A stretch of 63,844 nucleotides of DNA, filler included, from Collodictyon triciliatum (Eukaryota): assembly GCA_043381765.1 (NCBI GenBank). It is 5 parts of 5 records of this genome, joined end to end, with 100 filler letters (N's around TTAATTAATTAA, not from the genome) between each part and the next. Parts side by side here need not be neighbours in the genome. Positions count along the whole stretch, not along the records: positions 1 to 7,892 come from JBHJMP010000435.1; positions 7,993 to 20,933 come from JBHJMP010000436.1; 3 more parts are not named here. The stretch is one strand, 5' to 3'. Below the pieces are notes generated by a model that was not told where the DNA came from, searched no databases, and saw nothing but the letters and a program-made list of their open reading frames with translations. Positions 1-11,620 of this stretch are shown here, piece by piece; the first letter of the stretch is position 1, and the number at the start of each line of letters is the position of its first letter. The translations under genes were made by a program, and so were the position numbers.

Positions 1-102
1 TTGTGTCTTTGTGTCTTTGTGTCTTTGTGTCTTTGTGTCTTTGTGTCTTTGTGTCTTTGTGTCTTTGTGTCTTTGTGTCTTTGTGTCTTTGTGTCTTTGT
101 GT
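1..102. repeat. (TTTGTGTC)n 8-mer tandem repeat at the window start
   Basis: Direct reading; explains the spurious LCLCVFVS ORF. Confidence 0.95.
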
Positions 103-1060
103 TGCATATGTGACAGGCAGCGTACCCCGATGTCACTGAACACAAACAAACACACACATCGCCGCACAGCATCCCATGCCTGCTGCTCCAGCGAAGACTC
201 CTCCAACCGGACAGGGCTGTTTTATATACACGGCCCCGACGGCTTCGACGCGCGCTGCAGATCATTGAATCTCCGCGTCCTGCGTTTCGCCCCGCCTCTG
301 CGCCTGTGCGCTCGTGCTCAAATTACGCACGCAAGACCAGCCACAGCCACGGCCACACAATCCCCTGCACGTGTCACCTCCGCAGTCCGCCCATTCCGTC
401 CATCAAAAGCCCTTTCTGACCGCGCAAAGTACATATGGAAACAATTCCATGCATCTTCACACCCCAATATCTCTGCAAATCACCCAATCACCACACTAAC
501 ATGAACGTTAAAATGCTCCACGGCTTATACCAATAATTTTTTGTTTTTGTTTAATCATCTAATTTAATATTTCGCAAAATTATACAAAAAATTATGTAAA
601 ATGTAACCTTTTATTATATATTCCAATTTAATAAAATATTTGCGGAAAATAATAGCTTTGCATATTAAAGTACTACTGCATCAATATTTAAATTTATAAA
701 CAGCATTGTAAGGTTAAATAATACATATAGTTACGAATATTGAACAGCATCTGCAGGCTCTCCCCTTTCTCCCAAGAGCATCTCTCGAATCAGGGATTGA
801 TAACCGCCGACCGCTTAAAGCCCAAGCGACGTGCGACACATATTTGGGTTCGGCCGTGTCAATGCAAGTGCGCTCACAGCATATATACAGGCTGCGGATG
901 TGTGCTGCGCTCGAGTTTTTTCTTCTGGCAGCCCCTTGTAATAAGTATTAAAAATTAAAATCAAAAGCACTGAGTAAGATTGATATCTGACACAAATGCA
1001 AAACACAACGCTCGGATACAATCGGGCGTGATGGGAAGTTGAGAGGCCGACTCACCCGAG

Positions 1061-4000
1061 ATGGGTCAAGGTTTTAGTGTATCCTTGAAGTCGCCACCAG
1101 AGACCAAAAAACAAACAAAACAACATACAACCGCAGAACTATTGCATGATGCAAACTCACAGAACAATCACAAGGGTATGCATATGTCGCAGCTGCTGGA
1201 AAGGACTGGCCGCAATACAGCCCAACCAACCGGGCAATCAGGATTATGGCTCATGAAAAGTCTTCCTCATCAGATGTCTGTGTGTGGTAGCGAAACCGAC
1301 AGTCGTGCATTCCGCAAGGCTGATGCGCTCGCTCCCATGTCGCCCTCCTCTACACAACGGACATCCGATTGTATTTTCCCACAAAGTCCTGTCCATTTTG
1401 CGTCTGCCTCTTGCTTCCTCCCAAGCACCGCCGGCACTCACAGGGACGCCGGTCATGTTGACCCCTGCAACGTCTTTGTCAAATATCTGCCTTCAAATAT
1501 CACCGACGAAAGCCTCGCAGCTCTATTTGAACCTTTTGGCTCTGTTCTCTCTGCGAAAGTCATGGTCGACATCCAGACAGGCCAAAGTCTGGGATATGGG
1601 TAACAAAACAAGATTAGAATTTATTTCCCTATCTGTCTCCCCCTTTTGAAGTGATGACTTCCCAATCACCCTCGGTAGCTGTTAATGCAGAGAAAAAATC
1701 TTGACAATACTATAAATAATCATCTTCTTAACTCCACTTATTCCTTTTCGTATTCCATACATTTGAATACAGCAATTTTTCACATTCTCTCTTTTTAAAC
1801 GATCAACCTGTTTTCTAGTTTATTTATCACATCCTATTATAAATAATACACATATATTCATCTACCATTTATATATATGAGCGATTGTAGAATAATCATA
1901 CTCTGATTATTTTTTAAGGTTTATCCGCTATTCTTGCCCAGAGGAGTCCTATCGAGCCATTGCGAACATGTCTGGGTTTCAAATCGGAAAAAAAGTTCTT
2001 CTTTGCAAACTATCCAATTCATCTGCAAATCAAACCGCCTCTCTGTCGGCAAACTTGTACATCAGGCCACTCCCGCAGACCATAACAGACGGTATGAAAA
2101 TAAATAAAATGAAATTGTAAATCCAAACCAATGATAAAATTCAATAGCGTTGATGCCTTGCGTACAAACCATTCGAAACAGAAAAAAAAATCAATCATCC
2201 CCGCAGCATATAATACCCACACACCTGGATATAAATTTTTGATAAGAAAAAAAAAAGGCTTTATATTTTCCCCTTTCTCTCAAATCTCTATTCACCTTCA
2301 ATTATGTTAAATGGATTATAATAGAGCTTTTACATCGACTTTTTTCACCTTATGGCCGTATTGCAGAATATAAAGTGATGGTGGATGTAGTAAGTGCAGA
2401 TTTGATGCTTTTGATTATCAGTCTAAAAAAAGAAATAATAATCTCTATTTTTTAAAACTCTTTGCTTTTTAAAGAATACTGGATGCAGTAAACAAATCGG
2501 GTTCGTCAGATATCCTTTTTTTCCAGAGCTTTTTAATTCATTCTTACAGTAACTAGAGTTGCAAACACATTACGTCCCTCACTTTTCGTTTGATTTTTTT
2601 TTTTTTTTGCCTTTCATGATTACATTATAACCAAGAAGAAAATAAATACACCACCTTTTCATAATAATCCGTAACACTATTTACGTATGAAAATAATTCA
2701 TCTGCAATCGAAGCTTTGAAGTCAATGAACGGGGTTGTACTTGAGGAGGGCCATCCGCCTTTGAATGGTGAAAGATGTGATTTTAAACAATCTATTTCTT
2801 TTATGTCCTGGTATTCAATTCGACCTTTGACAATAAAGTATGATAGATAACGAAAAACAACAAAAATACAACAAAAATACAACAAAAATACAACAAAAAT
2901 ACAACAAAAATACAACAAAAATACAACAAAAATACAACAAAAATACAAAAAAAATACAACAAAAATACAACAAAAATACAACAAAAATACAACAAAAATA
3001 CAACAAAAATACAACAAAAATACAACAAAAATACAACAAAAATACAACAAAAATACAAAAAATACAACAAAATGCTATCTAAAAATACCGATAAGGATGA
3101 CTTCTAATCCCTATCATTTCCCATAAACCTTGCCTCAGTAAAATTTGCCGAGACTGAATCTCAGAGGGCAAACAGGAAGGCTCGTCGGCAACTTCGACCT
3201 AGTAGCCTGGATGAAGGTCACATTACCATGGTAAATATGGATAATTACAATTCATTGCCGAATGCATTTTTTTTTAAAAACAATCACTTTATGGTGACCA
3301 TTTTTTATACTCTATTTTCAACTCAAATTCAAATGAAATAGAGACCAGGCCCTAGAATCAACGCACCATCATCGCCTACGTCGTCAATGTCTATTTCAGA
3401 CCCCTTTGGAGTGGATTCCTACTTTACTCACGGAATATTTCCACAAAATTACCAGAGTTCTTATGTACATATTAGCAATGATATGAATTTATAATCTAGT
3501 CGATGCCCTCATGTATACATTTTTCCTTCAAGGCTTTTCTTTTCGATTTATGATTTTACTTGTCAATATCCTAAATCAAGTATTCCTACCAGCCATCCAC
3601 CCATAATTCAGATTTTATCATAACTGTTTCATATCTCCCGCCTGAAGTTGATGAGCACGGCCTTGAATATATATTCAGCCACTTTGGACCGATTGAAAAC
3701 GCCAAAGTGAAACCATTACTAGATATATATTTTTTTCTTTATTTTCAACATTAATCTATCTATATCAAATATGTTTTAACTCTTTGGTTTAACGTATTAT
3801 CATAAAAACGTAACGCTACATAAGCGCCTTATAAATTTCAATTCGATCAGATTGTTTTAGATTCTTGCGCCGATGACGGTCCCAGAAACGGTTTTGTAAA
3901 AGTATTATTCTACATCTCTACCGATAAATGTGCACGAATTAAAGTCCAACATCAACGGAACCAAAGATTTTTAGATTTTACTAATTGCATTGTTTTTTTA

Positions 4001-4187
4001 CCATGAAGTTTTGTAATCCAAAAGATGCAATAAAATGCGCATCTGCCATGAAGGGATTCCTGTTAGGAAACAGGCAAATTGAGGTTCGACCTGGTTCACT
4101 TTTGACAATTTTCATTCAACACCCTTTACCTCTGTTTCTTTTTATTGCTTTGGTTCTACTATTGAGAACCCTTTTCTTAAGAATCAT

Positions 4188-4271
<84 letters not shown>

Positions 4272-4433
4272 AAAAAAGGAAAAAAGGAAAAAATATCAAA
4301 AACAATGAAAAAAAAAACCAAAATAATGAAAAGTAAAAAATTTTTTTTATTTAAAATGAAATACCAAAACCTCATCCTGTAGGTATCCATAAAAAGTGAA
4401 TCAAAACCCGAACGATTTCTATGGCCAAACTGA
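1061..4433 (+). CDS. ELAV/Hu-like RNA-binding protein with three RRM domains (multi-exon; exact start uncertain)
   Basis: Spliced exons give RRM1 (NVFVKYLP...SLGYG|FIRY), RRM2 (NLYIRPLP...QIGFVR|YENNSSAIEALKSMNG) and RRM3 (ITVSYLP...NGFVK|FCNPKDA). Ends VSIKSESKPERFLWPN-TGA at 4431-4433. All introns GT-AG except one AT-AC. Confidence 0.85.
2510..2684 (+). other. U12-type (minor spliceosome) AT-AC intron
   Basis: 5' end ATATCCTTTT, branch-like TCCGTAAC at 2668-2675, 3' end TTAC. Removal restores GFVR-YEN in frame. Confidence 0.9.
2853..3072. repeat. (AAAATACAACA)n 11-mer minisatellite inside an intron of the RRM gene
   Basis: Direct reading. Confidence 0.95.
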
Positions 4434-4928
4434 TATCTTTCTGCGGATGGAACATGAACATCGGCTTCATACGCACAACAAACATTAACTTCTAGTAATA
4501 GGCACATCGCGTGGCCTTCTTATATTTTTTTTTTTAAAAGCAGTTACGTGGCAGCTTCTTCTCTTAACAGAACCATTCATACACATCTATATATGTAAAT
4601 CTGGCTTTACCAAACCTTATCAATTCCACTTGCTAAAACCTACACAGACATTAAACCACACATATATCATACAACGTGGTGCGAGATAAACATATGATTT
4701 TTTTTATTATATATAACTTTATGAAAGAGTTGTTCGTATAGAAGCCATCATGTGATTAGAAAAGATTCAAGATATAGAGGAGTAGTTATGGTGCACAAAA
4801 ATATTCAAATGGTTCAGTTCAAAGAAATGCACAGAATATGACGAACATTTTTGCTGAGATGTGATATGCTAAATGGAACCTTTTTGAGTGTAACTAAAAA
4901 CAAAGCAAAGCAAAACAAAACACTCGAC

Positions 4929-7793
4929 TTAGGGTTGGGTATAGTCATGTCTTGGAGCACGACTTCGTAAGTACGATATCAATCCTTTCGCCCCAAATTC
5001 TCTGTACACGTCGCTGAGATGTGGGACGAGAGGGTTGTTGTTCTAAGATAAAAAAAAAAGGAGGAAAGTATGACTATAAAGTTCTATTGTAACACAATAT
5101 TTTGAATAAAAGCGCGGAATGTACTTCATAATCGTATTCAGAAAACCACTTTTGAATGAATATATAGATATTCAAAGAATGATGACCCAATAGAAATACC
5201 AATTTCAAATTTGTCAGTTTCGTTAGCTGGCCTAATTGCCATGGCAGAGTTTGTATTTCGTTGCCGCTAACATATGATGTTTTAATCAGATGACGGTTAG
5301 GGAACATGCACCAAACTTGTGTGAATAGAATAGAATAGAATAGAATAGAATAGAATAGAATAGAATAGAATAGAATAGAATAGAATAGAATAGAATAGAA
5401 TAGAATAGAATAGAATAGAANNNNNNNNNNNNNNNNNNNNNNNNNNNNNNNNNNNNNNNNNNNNNNNNNNNNNNNNNNNNNNNNNNNNNNNNNNNNNNNN
5501 NNNNNNNNNNNNNNNNNNNNATAGAATAGAATAGAATAGAATAGAATAGAATAGAATAGAATAGAATAGAATAGAATAGAATAGAATAGAATAGAATAGA
5601 ATAGAATAGAATAGAATAGAATAGAATAGTATTTCTTTTGGATAAAAATGGAAGCTCGGGATGAATAACTAAAAGAGCACAAAAGGGATAAAATGGTTTG
5701 TTGACAATTATTTTCTTACTCCAAAAAGAGAACCGATAATTCGCAAGCAGATTCGATTTCTGGGGCAATATCTGCTATTCTGTTATTGGACAAGAACAAG
5801 TTCGTAAGTTGCTCAAGTTTCCCGAACTCAGCCATTAAATCGGTGAGGTGGTTGTCAGCCAGATTAACCATTCGCAAACCTGCAGCGAGGAATAATTTTG
5901 CTCATATTTTCTTCTCGTAAATCAAGTATTTGCACATAAAGCGAATGCGTAAATTGCGTAAATAAAAGAGAACACCATAATAGTAGACGATCTGAAAAAG
6001 CTCTAATTACAAATGAACACAAACTGGTAAGTAGGAAAAAGGAAAGCGGTATCTCTGATATTTGATTTTCTGGGGCAATTAGCTGCTCAAGATTTTGCAT
6101 GACCCCAAAGTCATCCGAGATGTGACATATTTTGTTATCTCCAACATGAAGGTATGTGAGTGAGGTCAAGCCAGAGAAGGGACTTCCCAAGCAGGTGAGG
6201 TGATTGCTTTCCATTACAAGGAAACGAAGATTTATTAGAGAAGAAAAACTATCCGGTAATCTACATTGATTAAAGCCTTGAGACGGGAATATTGATCTTT
6301 ATGAAACCATGAATTGGGGTTCAATACACTCTTGTTTTTAACATGACAAGAGTATAAACCAAAAAGAGAGAAAAAGGTACAAAAACATAAACATAAACAT
6401 AAACATAAACATAAACATAAACATAAACATAAACAATAAAATAACAATAAAATAACAATAAAATAACAATAAAATAACAATAAAATAACAATAAAATAAC
6501 AATAAAATAACAATAAAATAACAATAAAATAACAATAATAATACAATACTAAAAACACAAAGGACATAATACAACTGTATTTGATTGTTTGAAATGCCGA
6601 TTTTAGTTTATAATTGGTACATTAAAGAGGTTGGAAAAAAATTAACAATATATCTTTTCTTATATTTTTTCAAATGACTATATCATCAATACTCACTCTG
6701 ACAGAGAATTATCTGACATGGTGATTTCCACGATGTTAGAGAGGAATCCAATTCTTTCCGGCAGACTTGTTATTGCATTACTTCGAAGATCGAGAAAATG
6801 GAGACACTCAAGGTTGCAGAATGAATCTGGGAGAGATTGAAGCTGATTATCGAGAACCTGCAGTGACTTTAGATGTGACAAGTTTCCGATATCCACAGGA
6901 AGTTGTCCGAGATTATTGCGCGATAGAAAAAGAGATTTAAGTGCTGGAAGAGAACATATCGAATCTGGCAATCCCGTCAGATTGTTTCCTTCGCAATCAA
7001 GAGATTCCAGTTCGAACAAGCTTCCCACTGAGTCTGGAAGGAACCGAATGCAGTTATTTCCAATGGACAATATTGATATCTTCTGACATTCTCCAATATC
7101 CTCTGGGATATTCGAGATTCTATTAATAGATAAATCGAATTCGCGAAGTTTCGACATGCTTTTCATGGACATCGCAATGGCCGTCAACGCATTTTGGCGC
7201 AAATCCAAGGATTTCAGCTCTGGCAATGAAAAAATGGTATCTGGAATGCTGGAAAGTTTGTTGTTTCGGATGCTGAGTATCACAAGCCTTGTCATCGACC
7301 CGACGGACCTGAAACGGAAAGCTATTGAGTTTCACTCTTTCTTGATAGATTGTGAATGAAGGCACAAGGAATGCACGCATCAAGTGTCCAAATAAATTAA
7401 TACGCACTCAGGTATGTAAGTAAGCTTATTGTGGCGCAGATTCAAAATGTTCAAGTTCTGGAGGTCGGAGATGATATCAGGTACCTATATTAAAAATGTT
7501 ATTCAGCCCTTCGAATTGTGGCACTCTTGACAGCCGAAAGAAGGGAATTCTGTATGACGTAAAAAACAACATCAACCAACAAAAGCCACTGGATAATCAT
7601 AAGTAAAATAAATGGCTGAGTAGAGAAGGTATGTCTTTCCACATACATATATTAACTTGTTGGAGCGGAGGTTTAGTGAAAAGAGGTTTGTAAGCCTGAA
7701 GAATTCCGGGGGTAGTGCAGTGAGTACGTTATCAGACAAATTGAGAGTGCAAAGAAGTGTCAGACACCCGAGCTCTGGCGGAATACTTTCGAT
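4929..7793 (-). CDS. Leucine-rich repeat protein (LxxLxLxxNxLxxLP repeats), 5'-truncated by the contig end
   Basis: ORFs 7572-7799, 6693-7295 and 5864-6214 plus short exons splice in frame via GT-AG. C-terminal cap NNNPLVPHL...YTQP-TAA. Confidence 0.9.
5325..5629. repeat. (ATAGA)n microsatellite spanning a 100-N gap, intronic
   Basis: Direct reading. Confidence 0.95.
6384..6540. repeat. Compound (AAACAT)n + (AAAATAACAAT)n repeat, intronic
   Basis: Direct reading. Confidence 0.9.
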
Positions 7794-7892
7794 CTGCAAA
7801 GGAAAATGGACAAGGAAAGAAGAAGAAGAAGAAGAAGAAGAAGAAGAAGAAGAAGAAGAAGAAGAAGAAGAAGAAGAAGAAGAAGAAGAAGA

Positions 7893-7992
7893 NNNNNNNN
7901 NNNNNNNNNNNNNNNNNNNNNNNNNNNNNNNNNNNNTTAATTAATTAANNNNNNNNNNNNNNNNNNNNNNNNNNNNNNNNNNNNNNNNNNNN
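7893..7992. other. Artificial contig linker N44-TTAATTAATTAA-N44
   Basis: Six-frame stop 12-mer at 7937-7948 inside Ns; the same structure occurs four times. Confidence 0.97.
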
Positions 7993-8069
7993 GGGGTGGG
8001 GTGAGGGGGAGGAGGGGGGGGGGGGGGGCTGGGGGGGGGGGGGGGGGGGGGGGGGGGGGTGCGTGCTAC

Positions 8070-8679
8070 CTCGAAGTCTCCCATCGTTTTGGCTGCTCTA
8101 TCAGGTTTTCCTTTCGTGTTGCAGAATGTCATCGAAACATTGGGGTCGATCTGGCACATACAAGTAAATAGGTTAATAAACGAATAGATAAATGAACGAA
8201 TGAATAAATAATACCAATAAAACATTCGTGTGTGATAATTGACCCAGTGAAGACGTATTTGGCTGTGTGGCTTACCTTTTGATTGGTTATATCACGGTTT
8301 GCCGGGTGATGGTGCAAAAAGTACTCTTCCTGTGATGCAGAAACGTGAGCTCATGTTCGCAGAGGTACGAATACATGTGACTTTGTTCAAGGAGTCAAAC
8401 AGCGCGGACATTCTTGGATGGCAAATAGCGAAGCTCGCTCCCACCTTTTCCAGAGTCTCGCGGTGCTGCTCGGCTTTCTGATACGGTGTGAATGTAGTGG
8501 CCAGATCGCGACTGTGGGATTAATGTGTTGGTTCAGGTAAAGTTTTTGTGTTTGCTTGCAGGACCCCATCTTCCATAGCCCAACATTGAGCTTTAACACA
8601 CGCGTAAAAGGAAGATGAAAAGCAAAACAATATACACCCACCGCCCACGATTGGGTCCTCCAGCTTCGTCGTCACCCAT
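8070..8679 (-). CDS. Hypothetical protein, first four exons (3'-truncated by the contig end)
   Basis: MGDDEAGGPNRGR|RDLATTFTPYQKAEQHRETLEK|EEYFLHHHPANRDITNQK|IDPNVSMTFCNTKGKPDRAAKTMGDFE joins in frame with GT-AG introns. No family recognised. Confidence 0.6.
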
Positions 8680-10127
8680 AATATTTCTTGCGCGAGATGT
8701 TGGCGTAGTTTTGGTGGTTTTAAAAGCAGGCCGGTTTCCCTAAGTCTACAGTGAAGCGGTTAGACTGATCTTAGAGGAGAGTTCTCACGGCGAAACAAGC
8801 AAACCCCAAAAGATGATGGCTCGATGTTTTTGCTTCTGGAGTGATTATAAGTCAGCCGCCAAGTGCATTCTCAATCGCAATCGCATATCCTGTGCAGTGC
8901 TTGATATGATTCTGTTTCTTTTTCTCTTGCTCTACTTCATAATTGTTCGCTGGACGCTGCGATCTGTTGAGTTTCGGCTTGGCTGCTTGTGCAGCGGGTG
9001 TGATCGCTTTCGTTGATCGCTGCCTCGACAGGATTTCCCGCATCGACTCCTGCTGTTGAAAAGCGCGGGCGCGCCCTGGGTTGCTTTAATGTCAGCGGCA
9101 ACAAATGACCGTTACGTTTTTACAAATTGAGATATCGTTACATATCTTAATTCTGGAATATATGGAGCATCCGCAATGGGCAACTGCACCTTGCAGCTTT
9201 ATCTGGAATATTCGCTGCGACAACGAGCGCCCGCAAACGAAGGGAACAAGCAGAGCGCAACCCACAGAACGCGCCGCCTTGAGCTCCTTCCCTCTCCTCA
9301 AGCCAGAGCATTTCGTCAAATCAAGTCGTGCTTTCTCATAAAACCCTTTTCTGTTTCTCTCGCCTTGTCCTTTTCCAGTCTGCGGGGACGACTGATACAT
9401 CCCTCCGAATGCATCTCCGCTTGTATCTACTCATCCCATATTCTTACAACAACTGCATTTGCGGACTCCGACTTGCGGCTCCCCTTTCACACAAACACAT
9501 CTCGCCGCTCGTCTACCACACATCCGTTTTGCACGTACAAGACAAATGTCTTGATATTAGAATGGCAGCCCAACCAGCTTTTGTGTCACACCTCTACAGA
9601 TATACCGACACAGCTGCCTGGAATAATCCGGTTGAGGCGAAGAATAAAATCTCGTGCCCACCAATGGCAGAGGCACGAAGCTATGGAGGATGAAAACACA
9701 TGACCCAGGACTCGGATGCTTGGCACAAAATGTATACATGCGGAAAAGACCGAAGGTGGGTTGTGGAACTATTACTCCGTGCGCATCAGAAGGACAGAAG
9801 GAAGAGCGATGGCTGTTGTCCGCGGTGCCATACATCACCCAGCCAAACACGCAGTATGCACGACATTCGCGAAACCGTCTTTACATGTGGGATAAAGAAG
9901 GAGCACTTTGAATCGAATAGAGGGGGAAACCACATGAGAAAAGAAGCTCATATGGAATCAAGGTATCAGAAATAAAAGGGTCTCGTGATGCAAGGTCATG
10001 CAAAGACATCTTGACGAGGGTGTTTGTAAAAACGACGACGGCGGAGACTAGCTTCAGAAAGAAAAGAAACACAATTGCTCTCCCTACATCGATGAAAGCT
10101 ACCGCTCAGAAAAACAGGAGCGAAAAA

Positions 10128-10246
10128 GAAAAGAAATGAAAGGAAAAGAAATGAAAGGAAAAGAAATGAAAGGAAAAGAAATGAAAGGAAAAGAAGTGAA
10201 AGGAAAAGAAATGAAAGGAAAAGAAGTGAAAGGAAAAGAAGTGAAA
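10128..10246. repeat. (AAGGAAAAGAARTGA)n 15-mer tandem repeat
   Basis: Direct reading. Confidence 0.9.
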
Positions 10247-11620
10247 CCAGAGGAAAAGACCAAGAACAAGGCTTGCAAAACCTTCCGCTCAACAGACACA
10301 TTCAATATCTCTCTATGCACAGAAAATGTCGAGATGCCTGGTTCTAGTTATCCATCCGCAAGCGCCTTGCAAACATACTTTATGACAAAGACTTTGTATG
10401 CTCCGAGTACATATGGCAGAAACTTTGAGCACACACAACCCGAACTTATACGCATCCGGATTTCTTCGCGGTGTCAGGAAGGGAAATGAGGGGCGAACAA
10501 GGAAAGGGCGGAGGTGATGTTTGAGGCGATGCCGAAGGGGCTTACAGCCAGAAAAGTGTAGAACGGGCGATGCTGGGTTGCAGAGAGCGACGCAAAAGCA
10601 ATCAAAATAGCGACATCTCACAAGCATCGAAAAGGCATGGAATGCAGCCGATATCCAATCTCGTTAGAACCGTATATACAGGCGAGTCCGAAGCACTCAA
10701 AGTACGGCGCGGCCGCTATAAATAATAGGCGTAGGCGGACATCAAGAGCAAAGAGCATGTGAAGAGCACGGATGGTCGGATGGGTAGAATGAAAACACAA
10801 CGACGCCAATAAATCAGATAAAAAATGACGATTTCTTAGAGGCAACAATGGCACGAGGGGAAGGTACAAACAAAGGGTCGCCATGAGCATAGATATAAAG
10901 AGGAGCGAGAGCTAATGCAGAACCACACACGCAGTGAGAAGACAGCGGNNNNNNNNNNNNNNNNNNNNNNNNNNNNNNNNNNNNNNNNNNNNNNNNNNNN
11001 NNNNNNNNNNNNNNNNNNNNNNNNNNNNNNNNNNNNNNNNNNNNNNNNNNNNNNNNNNNNNNNNNNNNNNNNNNNNNNNNNNNNNNNNNNNNNNNNNNNN
11101 NNNNNNNNNNNNNNNNNNNNNNNNNNNNNNNNNNNNNNNNNNNNNNNNNNNNNNNNNNNNNNNNNNNNNNNNNNNNNNNNNNNNNNNNNNNNNNNNNNNN
11201 NNNNNNNNNNNNNNNNNNNNNNNNNNNNNNNNNNNNNNNNNNNNNNNNNNNNNNNNNNNNNNNNNNNNNNNNNNNNNNNNNNNNNNNNNNNNNNNNNNNN
11301 NNNNNNNNNNNNNNNNNNNNNNNNNNNNNNNNNNNNNNNNNNNNNNNNNNNNNNNNNNNNNNNNNNNNNNNNNNNNNNNNNNNNNNNNNNNNNNNNNNNN
11401 NNNNNNNNNNNNNNNNNNNNNNNNNNNNNNNNNNNNNNNNNNNNNNNNNNNNNNNNNNNAACAAACAAACAAACAAACAAACAAACAAACAAACAAACAA
11501 ACAAACAAAGACCAACTAGAAAGAGAACTGCGAGACAGAATAAAAATTACTCATAAAACAAACACGTTTATTTCGACATAATTATTATAGTCTTGGGATG
11601 AACGATGTAGAAACAGGAAT

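Noticed and set aside
1..102. Terminal (TTTGTGTC)n as a telomere
   Set aside because: Lacks G-runs; most contig ends here stop in simple repeats.
1079..1087. Perfect U12 donor GTATCCTT near the RRM gene start
   Set aside because: The frame is open through it and no U12 branch site was found downstream. An 8-mer can occur by chance in a window this size.
2625..3082. Long repetitive ORFs in the track (LLYFCCIFVV, YSILF, YIHT, THSL, poly-K/F/N)
   Set aside because: These are translations of intronic microsatellites and N gaps, not proteins. None has CRISPR-like unique spacers.
7937..7948. Palindromic TTAATTAATTAA, repeated at 20978, 44847 and 60487
   Set aside because: Always centred in N44/N44 padding and has stops in all six frames. 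It is an assembly linker, not a biological motif, so neighbouring genes are not a cluster.
7993..8059. Poly-G tract as a G-quadruplex or poly-Pro exon
   Set aside because: Intronic homopolymer at a contig edge, likely low-quality sequence.
8260..8590. In-frame stops in all three minus frames suggesting codon reassignment
   Set aside because: Resolved by ordinary GT-AG introns; all conserved genes translate with the standard code.
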